A stretch of DNA of 64,000 bases from an uncultured virus (IMG/VR IMGVR_UViG_3300005336_000021) (IMGVR_UViG_3300005336_000021), one strand, 5' to 3'. Shown: positions 1 to 9,370, counted from the first letter of the stretch. Made by a program: numbers and translations. The notes: generated by a model not told the origin, from the letters alone.

Positions 1-196
1 ATTCAAACTCCCGCGGCTGGGCCATGAAGATCAGTTTAGCCCTCTCCTTCAACCCGAGCGCATCTGTCTCAACGAAGAAGTCAACCACCACATCGCTAAG
101 AGCCCTGAACCGCCTTCTCAGGTCCGCAATAAACCGTTTCGTGAGAGTGGTGGTGCGGGTGGGATCGGCCCGCAGTAGATGTAAGGCAAGAGCCAT
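1..196 (-). CDS. Head morphogenesis protein (Mu gpF/SPP1 gp7-like), 5' part, runs off window
   Basis: ATG overlaps portal stop (TGATG); MALALHLLRADPTRTTTLTKRFIADLRRRF, a DPTRT start typical of this family; position after portal. Confidence 0.6.
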   Translation of the reverse strand, partial: MALALHLLRADPTRTTTLTKRFIADLRRRFRALSDVVVDFFVETDALGLKERAKLIFMAQPREFE

Positions 197-1689
197 CAGT
201 TTGCAGTCGACGCAGGCTGCTTCTTGCCGGGCGTGCGACCTGTCCCTACTCCCATAGGATTGCTGCCCTTCGCTGCACCAGCGGCAGCGGCTTCTGCGGC
301 TGCTTTGGCTCCAGCAGCCGTGGACTGAATGTCCATGAGATCATCTCCCATCTCGTCAATGATGGACTGGGCTTCGGCGTCTGTATATCCCAGCACCAAG
401 GTGAGGAAAAGGAATGGTGGAACCAAAGCGTCCACTCCGCCCATGACGTATTTCATGAGAGCGTTCGTTCTTCGCTCGGCGACTTCGGCCTTGTCCCTGT
501 CACCAGGACTGTTCAGGTCCGGCCAATGCACGATGATGTTCTCAGGCTCGGGCAAGGTCCCGTAGGCGACGAGCCGTTCAATGAAAGGGGTGATGAGGAA
601 GGGAGTGATGTATCCCTCGCGACGGCGATTTACACGGCGGTTCCACGCCCTCTGGTCCTGTTCGGAAGCGAGCTGAGCCGCTTCGCTTCCAACTAAGATT
701 CTCCAAGGGATTCCCAGCGACATCGCGATAAGGCGAATCTGAACCTCCAAATGGGGCCCCGGATCAGCCACCTGCACGTTGAGGGATTTAGCACTCATCC
801 CTACCGTGGCGATGTATCGTTGGAGGCCGTTCATGTAAGCCTCAATCTGCTCTTTGGTCGCTTCCTCATCAAATTCAACATCCTCACCCGCGGCTGGAAG
901 TGACTCAAGAGACAATCCCGGAAAGCCACCCTTCCAAAACATCTCTCCGCTGCCACCGCCAATCTTTTGAACATCCAGCAGACGGTTGAAGACCTTCTCC
1001 ATTCTCGGCCTGCCGAAGATTTCTGATGTCGTCCGGTTGTCCGCTATATGAAGAACCCGCGACCAGTGGACCATCTGCTTCTGGTTCACCGTGGAGCCTT
1101 CGACACTATCAAAAGTCACCTCGTAGGTCTTGGGCATTCCATACCGCGGACTAGACGTGTTCGTTTCCATCGACTCAATCTTCACCACAGACTCATCGAA
1201 GACCCTCAGGTAAAGAAGCTGATGTTTGTTCCCTGCCGTCCCTTCCCCATCATCTTTAACACCCGGCACGGGCGCGTCTAGCTTGGCTCCGTCGTCGAGC
1301 CCCATCAAGATGATCCCATACTTACCAATGCCGCTCAGGATGTCAGCCCTGAGCAGAATGGAGAGGAGCCTGAATTCCTTTTCCAAATCTACCCAAGCCT
1401 TCTCAAAATCAGTTTCTTCCTGATCTTCATTCTCGAAGATCTGAGGGCTTTCGGCCCAGCTCTCTTCAGGAAACACGCTAACCACTCGTGTGGCTAGATC
1501 ATGGCGATGGAAGGCCAGCATGTAGTCCTCGATCTGTATCTCGATGGGATGCCCACATTCGGCGTCGATGTCGCGGCGAGGATCAATTTGCCGCCGGAGC
1601 CAGAGCTGCCGCTCCATAATGAGGTTTTGAACGAGGGCGTTCGTAACATGCGGACCGAACCGAGTCACAGGTGAACTCTTCGCAGTCAT
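196..1689 (-). CDS. Portal protein (DUF1073-like)
   Basis: 497 aa; SPRYGMPKTY, VHWSRVLH, GIPWRILVGSE motifs of DUF1073-type portals. Confidence 0.85.
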   Translation of the reverse strand: MTAKSSPVTRFGPHVTNALVQNLIMERQLWLRRQIDPRRDIDAECGHPIEIQIEDYMLAFHRHDLATRVVSVFPEESWAESPQIFENEDQEETDFEKAWVDLEKEFRLLSILLRADILSGIGKYGIILMGLDDGAKLDAPVPGVKDDGEGTAGNKHQLLYLRVFDESVVKIESMETNTSSPRYGMPKTYEVTFDSVEGSTVNQKQMVHWSRVLHIADNRTTSEIFGRPRMEKVFNRLLDVQKIGGGSGEMFWKGGFPGLSLESLPAAGEDVEFDEEATKEQIEAYMNGLQRYIATVGMSAKSLNVQVADPGPHLEVQIRLIAMSLGIPWRILVGSEAAQLASEQDQRAWNRRVNRRREGYITPFLITPFIERLVAYGTLPEPENIIVHWPDLNSPGDRDKAEVAERRTNALMKYVMGGVDALVPPFLFLTLVLGYTDAEAQSIIDEMGDDLMDIQSTAAGAKAAAEAAAAGAAKGSNPMGVGTGRTPGKKQPASTAN

Positions 1690-1725
1690 GGAAGAACTCT
1701 ACTGGACTATGAAGACGGACGCAAC

Positions 1726-2157
1726 CTAAATGTCGTGATGATGTATCGTATGAGAAACGTTCGTGGGAGTCACAGCCTTCGGCTCATCAGCGACCGCCGC
1801 AGTTTCGTTGAAACCCTTCGCAACCGCCTCCATCCTCGCTCTCTCGCGAGCAATCTTCAAGAGGACGAGATACCCCAGCAGATCATCAATAGTATCTTCG
1901 TGGAAGTCCTCACCGTTCCCTCTCATCAACCGGCTGAGCTTGTCATCGATCCTCACCTTGATGGCCTCGATCGAATCGGCCTTAGAGAAGATTCGTATGG
2001 GGTGAATCGCTGAGTCGCCGTAGCTCTGGTTCTTGGCGACGAGCATGTCGGAGATCCCATTGCATACCTTCCTGATGGCGATGTTCGTCGTATCGTGTGG
2101 TTGTATCTTGATCGTATCGTTGTTCATATTCGTATTCCTAACCTTCGTATCTTCCAC
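1726..2157 (-). CDS. DUF1599 / nucleotide-modification-associated domain 1 protein (start may be 2127)
   Basis: KNQSYGDS...VRIDDKLSRL...EDTIDDLLGYLVL. Confidence 0.75.
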   Translation of the reverse strand: MEDTKVRNTNMNNDTIKIQPHDTTNIAIRKVCNGISDMLVAKNQSYGDSAIHPIRIFSKADSIEAIKVRIDDKLSRLMRGNGEDFHEDTIDDLLGYLVLLKIARERARMEAVAKGFNETAAVADEPKAVTPTNVSHTIHHHDI

Positions 2158-2357
2158 AAAGCCATTCTTTCCAACTGGTGAACGCGCGACTTGTGAATTC
2201 CCATCTCTTTCGCTACCTCTGCCATGGTCCTGATTGCGTTGATCCCAAGCGGTCCTTTGAAATTACTCGCTCTTACCTCACCCGGCTGGAGTTTGTATCG
2301 CTGCCTCCTCTTCGCGCGATACCTCCGATTCGATGGGTAGTCGTAGAATCGTTTCAT
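2124..2357 (-). CDS. Small sigma70 region-4-like HTH protein
   Basis: RTMAEVAKEMGIHKSRVHQLERMALWKIR; start taken at MKRFYD. Confidence 0.65.
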   Translation of the reverse strand: MKRFYDYPSNRRYRAKRRQRYKLQPGEVRASNFKGPLGINAIRTMAEVAKEMGIHKSRVHQLERMALWKIRRLGIRI

Positions 2358-2365
2358 TTTGCTAC

Positions 2366-2842
2366 TCACGCCTCCTCCTTCTGCGTCGGCGCAAGGGCGG
2401 CGTCGATCTGGGCGAGCAGCGTGCGGTTCGACTCGCGCTTGTTCGTCGCTAAATAATCGCGGGCGACTTCCAGTGCCGCACGCAGCCTGTCCCGCTCGGC
2501 GGTGAGGCGGGCGACGGTAGCTCGCATACACACCGGGCACTCGCCGCTGGTCAGTTCGCGCTCCTTGTCATTGTGGTGAATGCACGTCGATTGCCACGAG
2601 GCCATAGCGGTTTCTTTGATGCGGTCAAGTAGGGCGACGGCACGGTCCCGCTCCTGCGCGAGTGCGGCGGCGTGGGCTTCGCAGGCTTCTTTGACAACCT
2701 GCTCGACGGCGGACACGGACATGCCTTCCAGCGTCTTCTCGTCCCACGACAGCGTGCGTGCCGCCACCACCCACGGCGGCTCCAAATTGAGGGTGGCCTG
2801 CTTCATGGCGACAGGTTCATCACGGCAATTAAGTGGTCGCAC
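2366..2842 (-). CDS. Hypothetical coiled-coil protein (start probably 2806)
   Basis: ORF in operon; C-x-HH...CPVC. Confidence 0.5.
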   Translation of the reverse strand: MRPLNCRDEPVAMKQATLNLEPPWVVAARTLSWDEKTLEGMSVSAVEQVVKEACEAHAAALAQERDRAVALLDRIKETAMASWQSTCIHHNDKERELTSGECPVCMRATVARLTAERDRLRAALEVARDYLATNKRESNRTLLAQIDAALAPTQKEEA

Positions 2843-3174
2843 TCTGCCACGTTCGCCGCGTTGAGTTCAACCCGCAGCTCTTTCGCGACTGCTGTGCAAG
2901 GCGCGATGGAGTTCTTATAGCGTGTGCGTAGCAGGCGACGGACTTTGCGGCGTAGCTTTAAGCGTGCGGCTCTACGCGCCTTGCGCTGTGCCCGTTTTGC
3001 TTCTCGCTGACGGTCTAATTCGCGCCATTCTTCCGCCGTGCGGGTGTTGTAAGCGATGTGGGGCTGTTGCGGTGGCCACGTTGAATTGCTGCCCAGCCCT
3101 GTAGCGATAAGTGCGGCTGCGGCCAGTCTGTCGGCTGTGCTCTGATACTTGATCTTTCTAGACGGTGCTGCCAT
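2803..3174 (-). CDS. Hypothetical basic protein
   Basis: First gene of the minus-strand unit; AGATAATA motif 8 nt upstream. Confidence 0.5.
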   Translation of the reverse strand: MAAPSRKIKYQSTADRLAAAALIATGLGSNSTWPPQQPHIAYNTRTAEEWRELDRQREAKRAQRKARRAARLKLRRKVRRLLRTRYKNSIAPCTAVAKELRVELNAANVAECDHLIAVMNLSP

Positions 3175-3292
3175 TATGACTCTATTATCTGATGATGAAA
3201 AAATTGGGAATTGAGAGAAAAATCTGAGAATACGAACAATGATGATCTGTAAGAGAGAGAATTCTTTAATTGAGAGAAATCACCTGAGAAAT

Positions 3293-3368
3293 TGAATTTT
3301 GACGACCGTCACCTTGACACCATGAATGAACCGATTGAGAAGATAGAAATGAATTTTGACGACCGTCA
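3293..3368. repeat. 19-bp direct repeat TGAATTTTGACGACCGTCA x2 (3293-3311, 3350-3368) with internal palindrome TGACG-AC-CGTCA
   Basis: Read directly; lies in the divergent intergenic region. Confidence 0.9.
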
Positions 3369-3534
3369 TCTAGAGGGCATGGCCACGCTGCGCGGGAAGG
3401 CGCGGAGGCGTGAGAAGGACGCCGGGTGCGTTGCAAGCACAGTGCAAGCACAGTGCAAAAGGCGTTTTGCACAAATGCAAACGCGTTTGTGTGTGTAACC
3501 TGTTGTTATGCAACAGGTGAATAAATTAAGCTTC

Positions 3535-3550
3535 CGGCATGTAGCCTGCT
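3535..3550 (+). promoter_or_regulatory. sigma54-type promoter 1 (CGGCATG-TAGC-CTGCT)
   Basis: GG-N10-GC spacing; upstream inverted repeat ACCTGTTG-N5-CAACAGGT. Confidence 0.6.
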
Positions 3551-3608
3551 ATATGTTAAGCGTATGTCGGAAATGCAAAAACAAAAACACAGTAACAAAA
3601 ACACTACT

Positions 3609-3788
3609 ATGCACACACAAAACGCAACGCGCTACATAAGCGTAAACAGCACACAGGAGGCGCGCAAAACAGCGCGTTTTTTACGCAAGTTAGGATACAC
3701 ACATACGCGCTACACGCAAGCGCAACGCGGACGCAGCGCGTTTAGCTATTACACACGCGGCGCGGAGGTAGTTGCTATTGTGCATTAG
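3609..3788 (+). CDS. First early gene, small basic protein
   Basis: Follows promoter 1 and an A/C-rich leader; strongly biased codons. Confidence 0.55.
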   Translation: MHTQNATRYISVNSTQEARKTARFLRKLGYTHTRYTQAQRGRSAFSYYTRGAEVVAIVH

Positions 3789-3838
3789 TTTTGCGTTGCG
3801 TGTTGCACGCAAGCGCAATGCACGCAACGCAGCACTAA
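3785..3838 (+). other. Long intergenic hairpin
   Basis: TTAGT..TGCGTTGCGTG / CACGCAACGCA..ACTAA arms. Confidence 0.6.
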
Positions 3839-3878
3839 CGCTGCAAAAACAAAAACGACAAAAACACAAAAACAGTAT

Positions 3879-4337
3879 ATGAAGAAAAACAAAAACAAAA
3901 ACTCGAACCCCGTCACCCCCGCTGTCCTCGACGCCGCTCCTGCCGCTGTCCTCGACCAAGCGCCCCAAGCGCCGCTGTCCGACTCGGAGCAAGCCGCCGC
4001 TGTCGCACAGTTGCAGGAGGAAGTGCCTGCTGCCGCGCCGGAAGCACCCGCACCCGCGCCGGCTACACCCGCAGTAAGCAGCAAGCGCGACGCGTTTGGA
4101 GGGCGTTTGGGAACACGCATGTCCAACATTAACGTCGCCGTAATTAACGCCGGCGCAACCGGCGCAACAATCGCGGAAGTCGCCGCTGCCACTGGGGAAT
4201 CCAAATCCTTAGTAAGCTCGCAGCTCTGCTGGATGGTTGCGCACAACAAAGGCGCTACCCGCACGCAGGAAACGGTAAACGGCAAAAAGCAATTCCGCTA
4301 CTTCGCCGCCAACGCCTTGCTCGCCGTCAACAACTAA
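3879..4337 (+). CDS. Ala/Pro-rich linker + C-terminal winged-HTH protein
   Basis: DAFG...ATIAEVAAATGESKSLVSSQL; resembles C-terminus of 28296-28913. Confidence 0.65.
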   Translation: MKKNKNKNSNPVTPAVLDAAPAAVLDQAPQAPLSDSEQAAAVAQLQEEVPAAAPEAPAPAPATPAVSSKRDAFGGRLGTRMSNINVAVINAGATGATIAEVAAATGESKSLVSSQLCWMVAHNKGATRTQETVNGKKQFRYFAANALLAVNN

Positions 4338-4343
4338 GTTTCT

Positions 4344-4382
4344 CGCCGCCGGCGCTTGCCTAACCCGCAAGCGCCGTAGGCG
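4344..4382 (+). other. GC-rich intergenic hairpin with GC/UA internal loop
   Basis: CGCC-GC-CGGCGCTTGC-loop-GCAAGCGCCG-TA-GGCG. Confidence 0.6.
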
Positions 4383-4407
4383 GTAAACATCAAACCAAAA
4401 CGACAAA

Positions 4408-4683
4408 ATGACAAAAATACTCATATCCTGCAAAAAGTGGCAGCTGGAGGCAGTCCGCCTCGCCCTCGACTGCAACCTCTACAAAACGACGGCGCTGTCC
4501 TACATGAATGTAGGTGAAGACCTCTACCTGCTCGAGGTCGCCAACAAACAAGAATGTGTGCTCTACGCGGAATGCCTCCGCTACATTTCCGGCTCAGATC
4601 CCGTCAACGGCCCTGAGTGGATCGAGCTCGCGGAAATGCTAGAAGACGCTGTGGCAGGGATTTGCAACGATTTCACCGCTTAA
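4408..4683 (+). CDS. Hypothetical early protein
   Basis: AAAACGACAAAATG leader. Confidence 0.65.
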   Translation: MTKILISCKKWQLEAVRLALDCNLYKTTALSYMNVGEDLYLLEVANKQECVLYAECLRYISGSDPVNGPEWIELAEMLEDAVAGICNDFTA

Positions 4684-4709
4684 CCCTCAACCCAAAACAA
4701 AACGACAAA

Positions 4710-4904
4710 ATGACACCTGAAGAAATCATCCAACTGGCGAAGTTGCTGGTGAAATACCACAACTCGATCACCAAAGCCAACGCGAGCATATACGGCGAGA
4801 AGATGGACAAGGCGCTGTGCCAAGACACCTTCACCACGCTGTTCTGCCAGGGCTTTCGCCAATGCGACGAGCTGGGCAAGCTCCAAAAGGAGTTCGTCAA
4901 ATGA
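4710..4904 (+). CDS. Hypothetical early protein
   Basis: AAAACGACAAAATG leader. Confidence 0.65.
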   Translation: MTPEEIIQLAKLLVKYHNSITKANASIYGEKMDKALCQDTFTTLFCQGFRQCDELGKLQKEFVK

Positions 4905-5233
4905 GAGCGACAACCAAACTATTCGCCTACGACAAGGGCACCAAAACCTTCTTCCAGGAGATGTCTACGCTAGAGGGAAATGCCGACGAAAGCGACCCCT
5001 CTCGCAAGACGAAAGCGAGGAGTCTCGTGTTCCACCAGGTGTATCCAGACGCTTGCGACGAGGGAATGACGCTCGTTTCAGCACGCACTGGTGAGGAAGT
5101 TGACTACGTGGTAATTGAACAAGAACGAGCTGTTGACGGTGAACTGGAGTCATGGACTTTGGTGCCGACTAAACAGGCATTGAAGCGGGTGCCTAGAGCA
5201 CGTGGAACGAAGATAATCATCTGGAACGACTAA
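4901..5233 (+). CDS. Hypothetical early protein
   Basis: ATGA overlap; QVYPDACDEG motif. Confidence 0.65.
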   Translation: MRATTKLFAYDKGTKTFFQEMSTLEGNADESDPSRKTKARSLVFHQVYPDACDEGMTLVSARTGEEVDYVVIEQERAVDGELESWTLVPTKQALKRVPRARGTKIIIWND

Positions 5234-5252
5234 ACAACCAATACCTAATAAA

Positions 5253-5289
5253 GAAAGGATATCCCACCCATCGCGAGGTGGGATTTTCT
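5253..5289. terminator. Probable (bidirectional) intrinsic terminator
   Basis: ATCCCACC/GGTGGGAT stem, A-rich before and TTTCT after, between convergent genes. Confidence 0.6.
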
Positions 5290-5449
5290 GTGGATGGTGA
5301 TAAGGTGAAGAACATGGGAAAGACTGCGGGGACGGCGAGCAAGCAGAGATTAGCAGATTCGGGTAGATTAGGTGATTTCGTTATTCGGGTCTTATCGGGG
5401 TTTCTTCTTTGTGTCCAGCTTTATTTTTCACTTTAGCATCTCCATTTGC

Positions 5450-6220
5450 CTATCCTTCTTCTTTTTTCTCCTCTACAATTTCAGCATCTGTCACCTCACC
5501 ACTTGTCAATCTTTTCGGCTCGAGCTCTCGTTTTCTTCGAACCGCGTCCAATATCTTCCTTCTGGTTTCGAAGTCAAGCTCGAGGTCATCTAAATTCAAT
5601 GCCGCATGGTGAATCGTCCCCGTATGTTCCACTTGCATCTTCTCGTTGTATCCCCTGTCGGCATTCTGTGTTCGGTTTGCGAATACTATCGCCCCTGGAT
5701 AACCCTCATCTACCAATCTCATCAATGCCGTCTCAAAATAATCTTTCTTCGCCTCTTGCAATTCCTTCATTGCCATCTTAAAATTCACCTGTTCCTTCCA
5801 ACGTTCAACTGTGTCTCGTGTCACCCCAGCCAAACGTGCAGATTTGCTTGTGTTCCAATTGGTTGACAACATCGCGTGGAGGAATATCTCTTGCCTCAAT
5901 TCATTCGCGAGGTCTCCATTCATCACGTCCGGCACCTCATTTTCATCAGCCTCTAAATACCACTCCACCCGGTTCCACATCTTCCTTGCAGGCTTGCTCA
6001 ATTTCCCTAACATGAATTCATTGAAGTCTGCCACTCTCTGTTTTCTCGCCTCAGCCACTTCATACACCGTCTTCACGTCTTCACGGTTCTTTCTCCACCA
6101 ATTCAAAGTGTCTTGGGGCACGTCTAGCGTGGCAGACAAGGCGCCCAATTTCATGCCTCTCAGGAGACAATCATACAGTGTGAGAAGGAATTTGAGGTTA
6201 ATCTTCTTATTCGCTTTCAT
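5450..6220 (-). CDS. Putative terminase small subunit (double HTH)
   Basis: SARLAGVTRDTVERWK HTH then DYFETALMRLVDEG..AIVFANRT..DRGYNEKMQVEHTG, a TerS-like pattern. Confidence 0.65.
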   Translation of the reverse strand: MKANKKINLKFLLTLYDCLLRGMKLGALSATLDVPQDTLNWWRKNREDVKTVYEVAEARKQRVADFNEFMLGKLSKPARKMWNRVEWYLEADENEVPDVMNGDLANELRQEIFLHAMLSTNWNTSKSARLAGVTRDTVERWKEQVNFKMAMKELQEAKKDYFETALMRLVDEGYPGAIVFANRTQNADRGYNEKMQVEHTGTIHHAALNLDDLELDFETRRKILDAVRRKRELEPKRLTSGEVTDAEIVEEKKEEG

Positions 6221-6375
6221 AAGTCGTTTTTCACAGTAAGATGTCTTTCAGCAGTGTGCAAGTAGTGATTTCATTCGCAAAGCAATCGCATACAATTTGC
6301 ATTGCAATTCGGCATAAATCGTTCACCACGAATCACGGTGAGCAAAATCCCTTAGCATATTTGCAAAATCAAAAT

Positions 6376-6419
6376 CGGCATGAATCTTGCTCATACAAAG
6401 CAAGTTTGCAACGGTGCAA
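6376..6419 (+). promoter_or_regulatory. sigma54-type promoter 2 + TTGCA-N4-TGCAA palindrome
   Basis: CGGCATGAATCTTGCT 6376-6391; TTGCAacggTGCAA 6406-6419. Confidence 0.75.
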
Positions 6420-6448
6420 ACGAAGCAGAGAATAAACAAAACGACAAA

Positions 6449-6655
6449 ATGAAAACAGAACAAAACGACAAACTCAGCAAGGTGCAGGCTTTGCTAGTGC
6501 AGGCCCGCGAGGCGCTTGCCGCAGTGCAATGGAGCACCTCCGTTGTGCTTAACAAGAGCCCCCTCGAACACGACATAGTCTGTTTAGACTTCTATGTCAA
6601 CAATGCCATCGGCCGCTGCGCCACCATCAACCGCACCGTCGGCAAACTCAAATAA
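6449..6655 (+). CDS. Hypothetical early protein
   Basis: AAAACGACAAAATG leader. Confidence 0.6.
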   Translation: MKTEQNDKLSKVQALLVQAREALAAVQWSTSVVLNKSPLEHDIVCLDFYVNNAIGRCATINRTVGKLK

Positions 6656-6660
6656 GACAT

Positions 6661-7038
6661 ATGAAATTATTTGGACATTTCCAAGACTTAGTCAACGCCT
6701 ACGTCGGCCCTTTCAAAAGTGAAAAGGCAGTCCGCGCCCACGCCAAGTGGTGCAAAGAAGTCAGAGGCGACGGTGGTGAACTTATCGAAATCGTCACTTC
6801 AGTGCCTGCTGGTGAATTCACAATTACTCCAGCCGAAGATAAAGCGCCAATCCTTAAGGTTGGTGACAAAGTCCACGTCACGTTTGAATCCGGCCACCGG
6901 ATGAAGGGACGGGTGACTGAGGTTGTTGGTGAACTTTACTTTGCTGAATTTGGCAAAGGTGAATTCAAATTCACATCCAAAATCTACTGGAGCGCGTGGG
7001 GTAACAAAAAGCCGTCATGGAAGGAGAACGCACACTGA
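6661..7038 (+). CDS. Hypothetical early protein
   Basis: Tightly packed ORF. Confidence 0.65.
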   Translation: MKLFGHFQDLVNAYVGPFKSEKAVRAHAKWCKEVRGDGGELIEIVTSVPAGEFTITPAEDKAPILKVGDKVHVTFESGHRMKGRVTEVVGELYFAEFGKGEFKFTSKIYWSAWGNKKPSWKENAH

Positions 7039-7039
7039 T

Positions 7040-7240
7040 ATGGAACTTCAAGACCTAGTCGAGATTGTGCGAGAGTTGGATGCACAGCAATTTGAAGAGC
7101 TGGTGCGTGCAATGTCCGCACAGTGTAGAGAGACAGCCGAGCACATGGAAGGTGACGGCAACGACAGCGGTGCGTGGCGCAAGGCTGCAGACGGGCTTGC
7201 AGACACGGCATATTGGCTGAGCAGGCGCAGTGGAAACTAA
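7040..7240 (+). CDS. Small helical protein (paralog of 9996-10292)
   Basis: QFEELVRA...RRSGN. Confidence 0.65.
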   Translation: MELQDLVEIVRELDAQQFEELVRAMSAQCRETAEHMEGDGNDSGAWRKAADGLADTAYWLSRRSGN

Positions 7241-7248
7241 GGAAATCT

Positions 7249-7482
7249 ATGAAGACATATAGCGCAAAACACGACGAAGACATCGAAATCCCAACATTGC
7301 AAGAAGACGATGACGGCAATGTGAAGGTGACGACGATTGAAGACATGCTCCTGCTAGTGCAGAGCATGGGTTACGAAGACATCGCTGAGTTCGAGGAAGA
7401 CACCACGGTAAAGGTAAATGAATTGATTGGAAAGTGGTGGAACCTGTGCCGGGACGACGTGAACATAATTGATAAGGAATGA
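7249..7482 (+). CDS. Hypothetical acidic protein
   Basis: Packed ORF. Confidence 0.6.
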   Translation: MKTYSAKHDEDIEIPTLQEDDDGNVKVTTIEDMLLLVQSMGYEDIAEFEEDTTVKVNELIGKWWNLCRDDVNIIDKE

Positions 7483-7483
7483 T

Positions 7484-7705
7484 ATGAAAGACTCAAAACT
7501 GTTTGGTAGGATTGGCAAGCGCGACGATGTTGTGCGTGCCAGCCGAGAAGTAAAGAAGGCTGGGGGTGTCGTCACCGAAAACCGAGACGCACAAACCACA
7601 GTCGCGACAAACCCACTTGATGGCGCTACCATATTCAAGGCTCTTCACAAGGGCAACGGTATTTGGCTCATCATGTATTCAACAGACTACTACCCAAAAA
7701 CATGA
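7484..7705 (+). CDS. Hypothetical protein
   Basis: Packed ORF. Confidence 0.6.
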   Translation: MKDSKLFGRIGKRDDVVRASREVKKAGGVVTENRDAQTTVATNPLDGATIFKALHKGNGIWLIMYSTDYYPKT

Positions 7706-7893
7706 AACTGAAACAAGAGGCGAAGAAGTTGAGACGGAAGCACTACATCGGCACCGAATGGACGAAGGAATTCGGCAACGTCCGGCTCTACCGATTTGAC
7801 ACAGTCGAGGAAAGTCAACATTTTCTCGACGTCGTAGGTGGTGCTCCCATCACCACAGGACTGAAAGGTTTTACCGTCGCAGTCAGCAAGTAA
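7702..7893 (+). CDS. Hypothetical protein
   Basis: ATGA overlap. Confidence 0.6.
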   Translation: MKLKQEAKKLRRKHYIGTEWTKEFGNVRLYRFDTVEESQHFLDVVGGAPITTGLKGFTVAVSK

Positions 7894-7898
7894 GCAAT

Positions 7899-8228
7899 AT
7901 GAAAACAATCAAACTTAGCGGCAAACCCTACCAGCACGTCGTCGTAGTTGAAGGACACTCCTACGAACGATTTGGTGACGGGGTCAGGTTCAAACGCACC
8001 TACAAAGGAACTGACTTGGTGAAGGTCCTGACACGAGTCTGCGAGAAACATTTCTACGGACTTGACGACGACTATGAAGAGGGAGTTCCTTGGACGCCCG
8101 AACTTATCTTGAAAGAGATCGAGGAGAGGAATGGTGACGGTTGCGACAGCATCAGCAAACTCACTGTCAACGGTGAGGTGAAAATCGAGATGGAAACGAT
8201 TGACGAAGGAGAAGAGGAAGTCGAATGA
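7899..8228 (+). CDS. Hypothetical protein
   Basis: Packed ORF. Confidence 0.65.
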   Translation: MKTIKLSGKPYQHVVVVEGHSYERFGDGVRFKRTYKGTDLVKVLTRVCEKHFYGLDDDYEEGVPWTPELILKEIEERNGDGCDSISKLTVNGEVKIEMETIDEGEEEVE

Positions 8229-8716
8229 ACAAGAATACCGCAGCACGGCGAGGCTACGAACACACTGGGCACTTCGCCTGGGGGTATGAACGTGAGACGC
8301 TAAAGCCGAAACTTGAGGAATACCGCAAGGCAGGATACAAGGCGATCATCGTCTCAATTCCTCCCGATCCTCTCAGCCGAGGACACCACGGGACATCCTA
8401 CGCCATCATGGTTGAGCCGAGATACGCTGTGGACCAGCGCGTCAAGGCTGCGAAAGCAGAAATCGACCGCTACGAGGACAGCATCTCTCGCATCCTAGAG
8501 CACCATCTTGGAAATGCCCTTAAGGAAGTAGAGAAAACGCGAGAGAAACAGAGAGAGAACGCGAGATGGCTAGCTAATAACGGACATGCCAGCGACGAGG
8601 TCAAAGAAATCCTATCCCAAGCGGAGAAAACCGCCGAAGAGCAGGCTTTCAGCAACCATCTCGAACTAATCGAAAAGGTGAGAGAAATCTTAGAAGAGAT
8701 TGGAGGCAGCATATGA
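8225..8716 (+). CDS. Hypothetical protein
   Basis: ATGA overlap. Confidence 0.65.
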   Translation: MNKNTAARRGYEHTGHFAWGYERETLKPKLEEYRKAGYKAIIVSIPPDPLSRGHHGTSYAIMVEPRYAVDQRVKAAKAEIDRYEDSISRILEHHLGNALKEVEKTREKQRENARWLANNGHASDEVKEILSQAEKTAEEQAFSNHLELIEKVREILEEIGGSI

Positions 8717-9090
8717 GCGACACTGACAAAGAGTTTTGGGACGCAATGGACAGCCGCGACAACGAGATTGCCAAGCAGCAGGCTGAGGTTTATCGCCTCT
8801 GTGGCATTCCTGAAGGAACTGAGGTGATAGACTACGACGGTGAAGATGAACTGCCAAAAACCGGCGTAGTGGTCGACTGCACTCAACACGAAGAGTTCTG
8901 TGTGCTCTACGTTGACGGAGTCGAAGTCGCTCAGTTCGCCGTTAGCTGTCGAGGTAGCTTGTGGATATTTGATGCTGTCGTTTGGGCGACAGGGAAATGC
9001 TACAAGGCGACCGACGAGAAGCCCAGCTTGCGCGAGGTGAAGACGGTAGACACGAACGACAAAGAAATTGGAGCGTGGTTTTTCACATGA
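8713..9090 (+). CDS. Hypothetical protein
   Basis: ATGA overlap, GGAGG upstream. Confidence 0.65.
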   Translation: MSDTDKEFWDAMDSRDNEIAKQQAEVYRLCGIPEGTEVIDYDGEDELPKTGVVVDCTQHEEFCVLYVDGVEVAQFAVSCRGSLWIFDAVVWATGKCYKATDEKPSLREVKTVDTNDKEIGAWFFT

Positions 9091-9179
9091 ATCATCTTAT
9101 CAACATCGACTCCTATCAACTCGCCAAAGCAGGACTAATCCTATTCAGCCTGCTGTGGCTAGCACTCATCATCTTATGA
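9087..9179 (+). CDS. 30-aa membrane peptide
   Basis: ATGA overlaps at both ends; hydrophobic C-terminus. Confidence 0.45.
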   Translation: MNHLINIDSYQLAKAGLILFSLLWLALIIL

Positions 9180-9364
9180 AGACAAACCTACGCAAATTGA
9201 GCACTCGTCAACTGACAAAACTCGCCATTCAAACCGGCGTGCTTCTCCCTTACATGACAGACAAAGAGAAGGTTGATGCCATCGCCAACTGGGCCGCAGG
9301 TTACAGTTTGAATTGGCAAGACTTCACCTCGCGATTCCCTTGGTTGGGAGAACCATTCGCCTAA
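9176..9364 (+). CDS. Hypothetical protein
   Basis: ATGA overlap. Confidence 0.55.
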   Translation: MKTNLRKLSTRQLTKLAIQTGVLLPYMTDKEKVDAIANWAAGYSLNWQDFTSRFPWLGEPFA

Positions 9365-9370
9365 TAGATT

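Noticed and set aside
3292..3498. 68-aa ORF with MNFDDRHL repeat
   Set aside because: Translation of the DNA direct repeat upstream of promoter 1; no support for coding
6310..6325. Extra CGGCATAAATCGTTC as a seventh sigma54 promoter
   Set aside because: No GC at -12
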